Virus record (IMG/VR): IMGVR_UViG_3300046534_001193
Coordinates: 17,992 to 81,991 of that record
Direction: 5' to 3' (one strand)
Length of the DNA stretch: 64,000 nt
Source: a virus
The notes beneath the pieces are model-generated. The model saw only the letters and a program-made list of their open reading frames with translations. It did not search any database and was not told the DNA's origin. Both the position numbers and the translations under genes were made by a program. Every line of letters begins with the position of its first letter. Position 1 is the first letter of the stretch. This document shows positions 21,201-29,955 of the stretch, piece after piece.

Positions 21201-21960
21201 CGATAACGGAGACTTTTCTAGAGACGTTAGTTGGGATGAAGGTAGTGGCTGGAGCATAGGCGGTGGAGACGCAGACCGAGGCAGTGGTGAAAGCACCAAC
21301 GGCATTCTTATTCAAACAATAGATATAGTTGCGGGAACACCTTACATAATTAGCTATGACAGAACTTATATTTCAGGGGACGGCAGAACAACTTTCTACT
21401 CTGAGTTTGTAACTGATGGGAGTTTTATTAACTTAGGAGATTATGACGACACTACGGAAGAAACAGTTACTGTTACAGATGTTTTTACGCCCGCTTATTC
21501 AGGTTCTATGCTTTTAAGGCTTAGTGCTATTTCTGACTTCACAGGTTCAATAGACAACATAGAAGTAATACCGCAGTACCTAAGTTACGCAACCCCACCG
21601 CCTTACGCCCAGTGGCCAGGCCGGTTTAAAGTGACTGCTCAGCCTTATAATTTTAAGTTTGGGATAGCCCAAGGTTTTACTCGAGGCGTGATATCTGAGT
21701 TAAATTTTAAAGTGGATGCGCTCGACATCACCGAAACATTGGCGGATGTAGCGATAGACTCTGGCGGCACTCGGCTGTCTTTGACTAAAACTTACTCTGT
21801 GATAAAATCAGTTAATTTAACTTTACAAGATGACGGCGGCACAGCAGCTACTGTCAAGGTCATGGATAAAAACGCCACTACAGGCCCATTAATCCAAGGC
21901 TACGATTCATCAGACTCCGCGACCGGCTGCAATGTCGACGCTACTATAATAGGCTACTAA
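18268..21960 (+). CDS. central tail fibre / host-specificity protein J-like with FN3 and two CBM-like domains
   Basis: LQVIYGRREV, YSNNPA..FDYL, FN3 (YDVRVRARN), tandem NGDF...DNV carbohydrate-binding-like domains. Confidence 0.88.
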   Translation: MLGLIALGGYAGATAAVGLGALTFGAVAGALLGAAFVVSFVDLITPEAEAEIKGVLTTRKGAVQPLQVIYGRREVAGGQIFLASSDREIAADPPVYEIRTVIREGGDSVSQESVNVFAGTAAYTLPNAFRWVVYQLADGDVPIEGLESIYINDELLVGSKYEDWVSYRFTDGSHTSQPFTDLAAAVPGWTSDHLILGTVGIAIRMEWNKDIFEGVPKFTFVLKGTKLLDLDALPTQTRRYSNNPAEAQFDYLINPIYGKGLSPVDGVDLSVASFIAARDYANDPVIAYSGGPQHTRMSSNAVLTAGSTVMDNMRQLLVGCRGTLPYINGVFNLMIERDYAFTEYKDGEGADYSEFFDFNEDNIIGSWKIKAGDIATRYNQVKVIFPNEAKHFESDFVTVYSNTFRAEDGRLLEKTFTLTGVTNAYQATDTANVIMRKSRQQIDASFMSTPRARNVTAGEIVTITHATPSWSLKKFRVSSIVLLATGNCSVTVAEHEPTVYDLTVPNEIATSPDTDFPDPTIVASLAAPTLVSDETVLKTGKDGTLTPQLKITWVAPIDPFVVGYDVQIKDMSSTDLVWQTVASPNSIDSVTVTISGVEEGIAYDVRVRARNSGGWVGAWATTENHTIIGQTSLPSNVPNFYISGSILSWEAITDSDRAGYVIRFQPGVNRSWGDANPAHDGIVTESPHDLSIDIFGQNTLMIKAVDRTGNYSETPASIITDFGNPLISNVFEEVDDHALGFTGTITGAAVVSGDLKADSQTPVIWGNALSNMYTSSSAAMYVAVQYAKLTYLRTITPSFSASGNDLVIESTIAGTNSQITYRPEAPDLMWESLDTQPMWQDEPISIVVNGDFAIDHGWTQQSGWTIADGKASRSSGESSNTSIQQTINIVSGTAYTVSYDRTYISGNGQTLFFSEFLTDGSSSTLAPYTSTTQETVTVTGTFTPTYSGAMVLKLFGIGDFEGSVDNVVVKTATGSTIVDNGDFSRDVSWDEGSGWSIGGGDADRGSGESTNGILIQTIDIVAGTPYIISYDRTYISGDGRTTFYSEFVTDGSFINLGDYDDTTEETVTVTDVFTPAYSGSMLLRLSAISDFTGSIDNIEVIPQYLSYATPPPYAQWPGRFKVTAQPYNFKFGIAQGFTRGVISELNFKVDALDITETLADVAIDSGGTRLSLTKTYSVIKSVNLTLQDDGGTAATVKVMDKNATTGPLIQGYDSSDSATGCNVDATIIGY

Positions 21961-21961
21961 G

Positions 21962-22738
21962 ATGACAGCTCTACCAGCAAAAACAGCATTTACAGCTGAA
22001 AACCTGACTGAGGGTGATTTCAGGGCCGCGATGGATAACCTTCGAGATTACTTGTCTGAGCGAGTGCAAGGCCTTAAATCTAATACGGCATTGTCTGATG
22101 CAGCCGCAACATTAACAGCTGCTCAACTAGTTGGTGGGGAGTTCACTATAACTCCAACAGTAGCGAGGACTCAGACAACAGACACGGCAGTCAATATCAT
22201 AGCAGCGATGGCAGGTAGCGCGGATGGCAGTAGCTTTGAGTTTACAGTTGTTAATCTAGCTGATTTTGCTGTGACTATTGCACTGGGAACCGGTGTAACT
22301 TTAGTTGGGGATATGGCTATTAATATTGGTGCGGCTACTTTTAGAGTACGTAGGCTAACTTCTACAACAGTTAGTGTTACGCGTCTTGAAAGTCAATTTA
22401 CTGCAGCTGATAACACTAAGCTGGATAGTTTAGGTTCCCAAAACGTCAAACTCAATACCAAGCTTATTGATATAGGTGATTGGAACATGAACACAACATA
22501 CGAGTTTGAGGTTACTCACGGACTAACGCTAAATAAAATAAGAGGGATGTCTGTACTAATTAGAAATGACGCTGATACCAACTACACTCTTCTTGCTATT
22601 AACGGGGTTACAGCATGCTACGCAGATGCCACAGAGATTACTCTTAACAGAGTTAATTCAGGAGCGTTTGACACTTCATTCTATGAAAGCCCGCCATCAG
22701 GAAATAGAGGCTGGATAACCATCCAATACGTAGATTAA
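21962..22738 (+). CDS. tail fibre / receptor-binding protein 1
   Basis: N-terminal anchor MTALPAKT...LRDYLSE; FTAADNTKLD coil; beta C-terminus. Confidence 0.7.
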   Translation: MTALPAKTAFTAENLTEGDFRAAMDNLRDYLSERVQGLKSNTALSDAAATLTAAQLVGGEFTITPTVARTQTTDTAVNIIAAMAGSADGSSFEFTVVNLADFAVTIALGTGVTLVGDMAINIGAATFRVRRLTSTTVSVTRLESQFTAADNTKLDSLGSQNVKLNTKLIDIGDWNMNTTYEFEVTHGLTLNKIRGMSVLIRNDADTNYTLLAINGVTACYADATEITLNRVNSGAFDTSFYESPPSGNRGWITIQYVD

Positions 22739-22764
22739 AACCCAATTATAAATAGGCCATTAGA

Positions 22765-23637
22765 ATGACAGCTCTACCAGCAAAAACATCATTTACAGAC
22801 GCAGGCGTAACCGAAGGCACGTTTAAAACCGCGATGAATAACCTTCGAGATTATTTGTCTGAGTCTATAGGGACTTCGGGAGGAGCGATTACGCCGAGTG
22901 TTGTTAGAACCGCATTGGCAGCAGCGACAGACGCTAACGTACTGACCGACTACCAAAGTTCTAAACTAGGATCTCTTACAGGCCGAAATTTACTGATAGG
23001 TAATTTCTTTGTAAATCAAGAAGAGGTATCAGGATCGGTTGTTTTAAGCGCAGGCGATTACGGGCACGATATGTTTAAGGGCGGAGCAAGCGGTTGCTCT
23101 TACACTTTTTCCACGACCAACGGTGTTCCCATGACGACAATATCAGCAGGGTCACTGGTTCAAGTCGTCGAAGCGGTAAACATTGCGGCTGGCGATTACA
23201 TTTTAAGTCACGTAGGCACAGCCCAAGTCCGAATCGACGGCGGTAGCTACGACGATTCTGGTGAGGTTACGGCTACGTTAGACGGTTCAGCAAACGCTAC
23301 TGTTGAGTGGGGCACTGGCACGTTGTCGTTGCCTCAACTAGAGCTAGGCACTGTAGTTACCGCATTCGATAGGCGGAACATCGGTGTGGAGCTGACACTC
23401 TGTAAGCGGTATTTTCAAGACTATTCTGGGGCCTTTACACTTTCAGCGACTTCTAGCGCCGCAAACATTAATAAGCCTATTCTAGAAGTCGAAATGAGAT
23501 CAACGCCTAGCATAACACAGACAACTTCGGGGTCAGGCGGGTCTTGGGTGGTAACGACAAATAAATCTTTAAGGCAGTCGGGCGTCCATTCAGCAGACTC
23601 AACAACAACTGTATTGAAATTAGACGCGAGGTTATAA
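22765..23637 (+). CDS. tail fibre / receptor-binding protein 2
   Basis: Same N-terminal anchor; RNLLIGNF, QLELGTVVTAFDRR..ELTLCKRYF, EMRSTP fibre motifs. Confidence 0.75.
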   Translation: MTALPAKTSFTDAGVTEGTFKTAMNNLRDYLSESIGTSGGAITPSVVRTALAAATDANVLTDYQSSKLGSLTGRNLLIGNFFVNQEEVSGSVVLSAGDYGHDMFKGGASGCSYTFSTTNGVPMTTISAGSLVQVVEAVNIAAGDYILSHVGTAQVRIDGGSYDDSGEVTATLDGSANATVEWGTGTLSLPQLELGTVVTAFDRRNIGVELTLCKRYFQDYSGAFTLSATSSAANINKPILEVEMRSTPSITQTTSGSGGSWVVTTNKSLRQSGVHSADSTTTVLKLDARL

Positions 23638-23662
23638 ATTATTGTCGATTCAAAGATTTGGT

Positions 23663-23995
23663 TTACCTAATCCTCCACCTCATGCCAGCCCCAACATGGT
23701 CCAGAGTTGACTCAGGCTCAAAGTTAAAAGGCTCACCCACATTGTATTGCGAAAAGTGGGTGAGCTGAATAAAAAATCCGTTGTCCCATTCGTTTCTTAT
23801 TGAAATATAAGCGCCAATGCCACCGCCGTCATTCCAACAAATACTGCAAGCTGTAAGATTGCCGTTCTTGCCAGCGCCGATTTCAAAGTAAGTTTCTGAG
23901 TCAACTATTGATTTGATGAATCTGTCCTTGGCAGTTTCTGCCACCGCCGGCCCTGCAAACATTGTCAACAAAGCTGCTAATATTAATACTTTCAT
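23663..23995 (-). CDS. moron: secreted outer-membrane beta-strand protein, PagL-like HxS motif
   Basis: Signal peptide (AVA|E), GGAG RBS, opposite strand to neighbours, amphipathic strands, THFSQ. Confidence 0.6.
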   Translation of the reverse strand: MKVLILAALLTMFAGPAVAETAKDRFIKSIVDSETYFEIGAGKNGNLTACSICWNDGGGIGAYISIRNEWDNGFFIQLTHFSQYNVGEPFNFEPESTLDHVGAGMRWRIR

Positions 23996-24299
23996 AAATT
24001 ACTCCATTTAAAATTACTTAGATTTATTTGTCGGCAAATCTGATAGACTGCAAGCCTATTGAAAACCCAACAACTGCAACTTTAGCACTTGTTTACAAAA
24101 TGTTCAAACCTAATCTTTAGATTAAAGATTATTCTTAAAATAAGGACTGATTAATGCTTATTGAGATACTGAATCAATTTTGGCCTATTATATTAAGTTG
24201 TATCAGTTTAATTGTTGTACTTGCAAAGATGTATAATAATATTGAAAGCTTAAAAGAAAAGGTTCGTATTTTATTTGACTTCCATAACAACAGGGATAA

Positions 24300-24674
24300 A
24301 TGATGGGCGACTTAACTAAAAACTTTTCAGCTTGGGAATTCGAATGCCCTTGTGGTTGTGGCGAATCGAAGATGAACGCGAATACGATGGTCAAGATTCA
24401 GCTTTTCAGAGACGCCTACGGTAAAGCGTTCTCTCCCGTAGAAGGTGGCGGTTATCGCTGCAAGGCGTATGAAAAAGGCATAGGCGTTCACAATATGGGA
24501 CTTGCCATTGATCCCGGCATTCCTCGCGCAGACATGTTTCCGGCACTGAAAATAGCTATCGAAGTAGGCTTTACTGGCTACGGGTTAAAACAGAAAGGCG
24601 GTAGATGGCAGATGCACCTTGACGATTACGAAGGCGATGCTAAGCGTCCTCGCCCTTGGCTTTGGACGTACTAA
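24300..24674 (+). CDS. endolysin, peptidase M15 family
   Basis: NFSAWEFECPCGCG, GYRC, HNMGLAID, MHLD zinc-peptidase motifs. Confidence 0.88.
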   Translation: MMGDLTKNFSAWEFECPCGCGESKMNANTMVKIQLFRDAYGKAFSPVEGGGYRCKAYEKGIGVHNMGLAIDPGIPRADMFPALKIAIEVGFTGYGLKQKGGRWQMHLDDYEGDAKRPRPWLWTY

Positions 24675-24675
24675 T

Positions 24676-25146
24676 ATGAATTGGTTTAGCAAAATGATTA
24701 GCGGCGGTATTGATAAAACCGTTGACTCAGTAGGAACGGCATTAGACGGGTTGTTCACATCTGATGAAGAGAGACTGCAAGCAAAGCAGATCATAACATC
24801 AGAAATGAACAAGTTTAAAACAAGTGTAATGGACGCTCAGTCTAAGTACGATGCTGAGATAACAGCTAGGTGGAAGTCCGACAATGAACATGGTGTTACT
24901 AGGTTAGTCAGGCCAATAGCTTATGCTGCTGTTTTATTTGCCTTCTTTCTGATTACTTTTGCCGATGGCAATATTGGTGCTACTTGTTCGATAGTCAAGG
25001 GTGTTGAAACCTGTGTGGGGGGCTTCGTTATCAATCCAGTTTATATACCAGTTTATGAATCTTTGCTAGTTACAATGACAATTGCTTACTTTGGTAGTCG
25101 TGGTATAGAGAAGGTAACAAAGTTACTAGGTAAAAGTAAGTCGTGA
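24676..25146 (+). CDS. holin-like membrane protein
   Basis: DGLFTSDEERL, RLVRP + TM helices, AYFGSRGIEK; follows endolysin. Confidence 0.75.
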   Translation: MNWFSKMISGGIDKTVDSVGTALDGLFTSDEERLQAKQIITSEMNKFKTSVMDAQSKYDAEITARWKSDNEHGVTRLVRPIAYAAVLFAFFLITFADGNIGATCSIVKGVETCVGGFVINPVYIPVYESLLVTMTIAYFGSRGIEKVTKLLGKSKS

Positions 25147-25481
25147 ATACTCCGCATATTCCTGATGTGCCAAATACAACGAGCGATAGAAGAGTTATGG
25201 TACAACAGTCAGCTTTTGAAAAGAGTGCACAAACAGTTTTAGCCTCTTTAATAGTGTTAGCACTCAGCGGGTCTGCAGTAGCCTTAGTAAAAATAAGTGA
25301 CACTCAAACTAAGCAATTAGTTGAGATGAATCTATTGAAATACCAAATATCAGAACTTATAGCGAGTACCAAAGCTTTTTCTTCTGATCGAGTAGGTAAA
25401 GAAGATTATTTAATATTTAAAAACAGGACAGAAGATAGGCTGTTTAATCTTGAGCAGTTGAAAAATAAGGTAGGCGAGTAA
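25143..25481 (+). CDS. single-TM coiled-coil lysis-associated protein
   Basis: One hydrophobic helix then coiled coil; GTGA overlap with holin. Confidence 0.5.
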   Translation: MNTPHIPDVPNTTSDRRVMVQQSAFEKSAQTVLASLIVLALSGSAVALVKISDTQTKQLVEMNLLKYQISELIASTKAFSSDRVGKEDYLIFKNRTEDRLFNLEQLKNKVGE

Positions 25482-25516
25482 TGGTGCTATTGAAGCAGTT
25501 GCGGAGGCTAGGCTAG

Positions 25517-28500
25517 ATGGCTTACATAGTAGACACAAAGATTTCCAGTGGTGCCAGTGGTTCTACAACCGTTAAGCTGCCAGCACATTTAGAAAATGAT
25601 GTAGTTTTTGTTTTTTGGAACAGCTTGAATCCCGGAACAATTACTGGCCCTGGTGGAAGTTGGCAGGAAACAACTATAGCTAACCCCGGAGCGGCAGACT
25701 CTAAAGCGTATTTTCAGCGTGTAGGCGGAAGTTCATTGGCTGACCCAGTAATCACAAATACTACAACTAGCAGACAGCCTGGTGCTATGTCTGCAGTTGT
25801 ACGTGGGGCAGACGTTTCGACAGCGACTTCTTGCGTAGATGATGAGGATTCTGTGGGTAGTTCAAGTGCTTTAACTCTTACGACTAGTGCTATGACTTTA
25901 AGTGGTACAAGTTCGTTAATTCTTTTGTTTGGTAGTGGAGAAAGAGGCGATGAGGTTCCGGTCTTAGCGTCAGGTTCAGGTATTGAAGTTTTGTATTTTG
26001 CTCCTGGTGATGACGCAAATATGTTTTTGGCATACAACTATGCAACAGGTTCAGCAAGTGATACTCACACTATTTACCAACTCAATACTGACTCAGAAGG
26101 TATGGCTCTTGCCGCAATAGCTATAAAAGATGATGGTAATTATGTTAATAAAGGATATGTGTCTACCAGCAACGCTGCTGAATTAGTTTTTCTGAATGTA
26201 GGAAATCACGTACATACTATTACTGAAGAAGACGTGACGAATGTAGGTTTTACACCTCAAATATCATCTATCACTCATGCTATCAGTGGTATTACTAAAA
26301 ACACAATTGACGACTCAACTAGTCTTGGGTCTTCTGGCCCTTTACACAGAATTGACACTCACGCCCAATACGGCATAACCATTATATTTAACACCGGACA
26401 AGGTGAATCAACAGATTTAATTTTAACTAAAGGTATGACTTTTGCTACAGCCATTGATTTAAGTGGTCAGATTTTAGCGTTTAGTGGACTTACCCTTTCA
26501 AAATTTACAGAGTCAATTGACAATTTAGGGAGATTGATTGGGTTTAGTGATGGCACTAACGCTTCTGTATTTTTGTTTGACGGATCTGATGCTCTAGTAA
26601 CTTCGCAAAATGGATTAACGGCATTTTTATTAGAAACTGCGCCTTCAGGCTCACCCACTACTTTGACTGGTTATGAAATAGATACTTTCGGGGCTGGTAA
26701 TTTAGATTGGTCAGCTATCGAAACAATATTTGTTGGTGCAAGCTCGACCAATTCCACAGGCATTGAGTACCACACAGGCCCAATGTACAAATTAAAAACC
26801 TTTCCTATGTTAGGAGGAACAGAAACTTTCCCACTCTCTTTTGATGATGTAGTTAAAGCATCAACGGCGGGAGCATTAAACGTAGCAACAGCACAAAGCG
26901 GACAGACTACCGGCCAATTCTATTTAATGGGTAATGTAACTATCGGCGATGGGGTTGAAGATGTTTACTGGGAAAGCAAGAACCAATCTGTAGAATTTCC
27001 AAGAAGTTATAACTATTCAGAAAAATCATTGCAATGCCAAATAAGCGCGGGAGCATTGTCACTGACAATAAATGCTGCAAGCGTAGACAGTGTAATAAGC
27101 CCTATCACCACTACAATCAACTTCGGTAATTTCCATAATTTTGTAGAACATGCAGACACTTTTGATGGCGATATTTATGATTATACAAACCTTACACTTC
27201 TAAACTCCAGCACAACACTGCAAGGCTCAAAAACAAACATAGATAGGTCGGGCGCTATTTGGAGTGGCGGTAAGCAAATAACTCACAATGCGCCAACTAC
27301 TGCAAGCACAGCCAGAGTGTTTAAAGACACAGTTGTTAGTAATGTTGCAGTGGGTGAAACAGCAGCTATTGAAGCTATCACTACTCAAGAGCAGTTTAAA
27401 AATGCTGTGACAGGCGCAACTTTTAAAAATAATACTAACGCTCCAGCAATCTTAATCACTGGTAATCAGACAGGCACATGGGCAGATGACCCTGGATTAA
27501 CAGTTTCTGGGAATACTTTTGATATAAAGTACACAGGAACTACGGATTTCAGTATTCCCTCTTCCGTGTCATTGACAGTTCAGAACACAGAAGCAGAAGC
27601 GGCGGGTAATACAGGTCTAACGATTGTTTTACCTGCTAACACATTGTCGATCAACTCTGACCTAAGCGCTTTGATCCGTTACTTTGTAGATGACGAACAA
27701 ACAGTGGCTGACAGTGACACCAATACAACTTTAGGCTATGACTATGCCAATACCAATCCTATTGATATTGAAGTGTTGCTACAAGGCTACGTACTAGTTA
27801 ACCGACAAAATGTCACACCTGTTAATGGCCCTTTTGACATTGAGCTTGACCCAGACGAGGCTTACAACTCTGGTCACGCCTTAAACATCGACACTGAATA
27901 CGCTTATGTTCGAGGAACAAAAGTATTAACATTCAATTCTGACCAGCAAGCTAGGAATGTTTATTCCTCACTATCAGATGAAATAAGGCTGGATAGCGCT
28001 TACTTTAATACTAAGTTGTTGATGACAGCTATAGGCCCAACTCGGTTTGATTTAACCGTGGGAATGACCGTCGCAGACATGCAGTATTGGAAGGGTGCTG
28101 GATCTCAAGTCTATAACGCACTAGATGCGGTAAACCCTACTGAAAAATGGTGTTTTGTAAAATCAGGCGGTAACATCACAGGATCGACCACCCACTTTAG
28201 GCAAACAGATTCAGGCGCTTCAACAGCTTTGACATTGACTAATAATGTTGTGGATGAGGCTTTCCAATACTATCGAGATGATAATCACGATGGAGATACT
28301 AGTGATACAGACGAGTATAATTATAATGACTACATGCTTATCAAATCATTCTTGGCTGGTAGCAAGCAATCGCGGGTTGATGTTTTAGTAAGCCAAGGCA
28401 TATCAGAAATTGAAAGCTATCAATATGCGGTCAGTCTAGCCAATGCTTCACATGGTTACTCTGGCACTGACCCAGGCATCAGCGCTCAAATAACAATGGT

Positions 28501-29935
28501 TGCTGGTGATACCTTTGGCGGCAAAGTTTTTGCGTATGAGATAATTGATGGTGGCACTAACTCTGGTTCTGATATTGCTGATCAGCTTAATTACGATGCT
28601 GCTGCTAATCCCAACACTGTTATCCCTGGAGGTACTGGTTTACGTTATTTTGAAATGCCTGACGGTATTATTTACAACGCTACTGGGCAAGAGACTGAGC
28701 GTGGTTATAAAGAAGGCACAACCCCTGCTTTGGTCGGATTTTATGTGAGCCGCAGCAGCGCCGACCACCCCGACTTCACGCAGTTTCAAGCTGACGATGG
28801 GACGTATTATATTCCAGCAGTAAACTCCAACATTAGCGGTTCAAATCTTGAGAATACAGCTGGTGGAACTGTCGAGCGCAGAATGCAAATCATCAACTCG
28901 ACAGCTAAAGCAGCGTCAGCATGGCAAGCGAGTACCGCATACAGTGTGGGCGATGTAAGGTTGCGTTCAACAGGCGCAGGCACCGAGCAAATTGGCGGAC
29001 TGTTTATACGGTGTACTACGCCAGGCACTTCAAACGACACAGAGCCAACTTGGAATACAACATTAGCAAACACCACCGCTGACACTAATGGTTCGGGCGA
29101 TGGTGATGTTGTCTGGACTATTTACGGAATTGTTTACTACGATGATGACCCTGCCGCTACGGGTTACGCTGCCACCTATATTGATGGCCAAGAGTTTGCA
29201 TCCAGTGAGTCTTTTGAAGTCAGATTTGCAGAAGAAGATCCTGAAACCAGATTTGTGTTTGGTAGTGTGTCAGGCATTACCTCAAGCTCTGGCTTTTCTT
29301 TTGCGATGTCCGTCGAGGTAGTTTCTCCTTACGCAGAATGGCAATCGGGTGGCTCATTCTACGGAACACAACAGGACTCTACCTATTCACCAAATTTTGA
29401 TTATGACTATATCGTTTTAGATACCAACACTAATTACTATGGCGCAGGTGCGGGAGTGTACTATTGCTATATTCTGACGACTTCTCAGGGGATGTACGAA
29501 TTTTGGGGAGGCGTTACAATTGTTGACGCTGGAAGTATTCGGATTAACAACGGAACTGTTAATCTATACTTTGACGAGACTAATGGTTTTGTTAGGCAAT
29601 TAGACAACGTTAGAATATGGAGAGTTGATGGCGCTAGGCCAGCGCTTGACCCGACAACGGGCGGCTCAGGCATAGAAATCAAATGGGAAGTTCCTGTTCA
29701 AGTTATTGAAATAAATACAGGCTCAGCAGTCAATCAAGCAACTGTTCAATCAGCGCTAACCGCCCAAGGCTATACATCAGGTAGAGCGCCAGAGCTTGAC
29801 AAGATCAATGCTGTCAAAGTTAAAACTGATGATATGACGTACACTATCGGTAACCAGCTCGATGTAAACGTCCAATCAGTCAATGATGTTCTATTGGCGG
29901 GCGATGGCGATGCTACTCCAATGGGCCCTACCTAA
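25517..29935 (+). CDS. large virion-associated adhesin-like protein (1472 aa)
   Basis: Ser/Thr/Gly/Asp-rich multidomain beta protein; CBM5/12-like AWQASTAYSVGD...GTSNDTEPTW...DGDVVWT; GGAGG RBS. Confidence 0.65.
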   Translation: MAYIVDTKISSGASGSTTVKLPAHLENDVVFVFWNSLNPGTITGPGGSWQETTIANPGAADSKAYFQRVGGSSLADPVITNTTTSRQPGAMSAVVRGADVSTATSCVDDEDSVGSSSALTLTTSAMTLSGTSSLILLFGSGERGDEVPVLASGSGIEVLYFAPGDDANMFLAYNYATGSASDTHTIYQLNTDSEGMALAAIAIKDDGNYVNKGYVSTSNAAELVFLNVGNHVHTITEEDVTNVGFTPQISSITHAISGITKNTIDDSTSLGSSGPLHRIDTHAQYGITIIFNTGQGESTDLILTKGMTFATAIDLSGQILAFSGLTLSKFTESIDNLGRLIGFSDGTNASVFLFDGSDALVTSQNGLTAFLLETAPSGSPTTLTGYEIDTFGAGNLDWSAIETIFVGASSTNSTGIEYHTGPMYKLKTFPMLGGTETFPLSFDDVVKASTAGALNVATAQSGQTTGQFYLMGNVTIGDGVEDVYWESKNQSVEFPRSYNYSEKSLQCQISAGALSLTINAASVDSVISPITTTINFGNFHNFVEHADTFDGDIYDYTNLTLLNSSTTLQGSKTNIDRSGAIWSGGKQITHNAPTTASTARVFKDTVVSNVAVGETAAIEAITTQEQFKNAVTGATFKNNTNAPAILITGNQTGTWADDPGLTVSGNTFDIKYTGTTDFSIPSSVSLTVQNTEAEAAGNTGLTIVLPANTLSINSDLSALIRYFVDDEQTVADSDTNTTLGYDYANTNPIDIEVLLQGYVLVNRQNVTPVNGPFDIELDPDEAYNSGHALNIDTEYAYVRGTKVLTFNSDQQARNVYSSLSDEIRLDSAYFNTKLLMTAIGPTRFDLTVGMTVADMQYWKGAGSQVYNALDAVNPTEKWCFVKSGGNITGSTTHFRQTDSGASTALTLTNNVVDEAFQYYRDDNHDGDTSDTDEYNYNDYMLIKSFLAGSKQSRVDVLVSQGISEIESYQYAVSLANASHGYSGTDPGISAQITMVAGDTFGGKVFAYEIIDGGTNSGSDIADQLNYDAAANPNTVIPGGTGLRYFEMPDGIIYNATGQETERGYKEGTTPALVGFYVSRSSADHPDFTQFQADDGTYYIPAVNSNISGSNLENTAGGTVERRMQIINSTAKAASAWQASTAYSVGDVRLRSTGAGTEQIGGLFIRCTTPGTSNDTEPTWNTTLANTTADTNGSGDGDVVWTIYGIVYYDDDPAATGYAATYIDGQEFASSESFEVRFAEEDPETRFVFGSVSGITSSSGFSFAMSVEVVSPYAEWQSGGSFYGTQQDSTYSPNFDYDYIVLDTNTNYYGAGAGVYYCYILTTSQGMYEFWGGVTIVDAGSIRINNGTVNLYFDETNGFVRQLDNVRIWRVDGARPALDPTTGGSGIEIKWEVPVQVIEINTGSAVNQATVQSALTAQGYTSGRAPELDKINAVKVKTDDMTYTIGNQLDVNVQSVNDVLLAGDGDATPMGPT

Positions 29936-29955
29936 AATGATACAGATAATCGATC

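Noticed and set aside
21962-23637. Diversity-generating retroelement or invertible fibre cassette
   Set aside because: No reverse transcriptase or invertase in the window; the repeats are direct, N-terminal and not adenine-biased.
24030-24060. c-di-GMP-I riboswitch-like GGCAAA...GCAAGCC
   Set aside because: No GNRA tetraloop/receptor or P2 stem, and it is on the strand opposite the adjacent gene.
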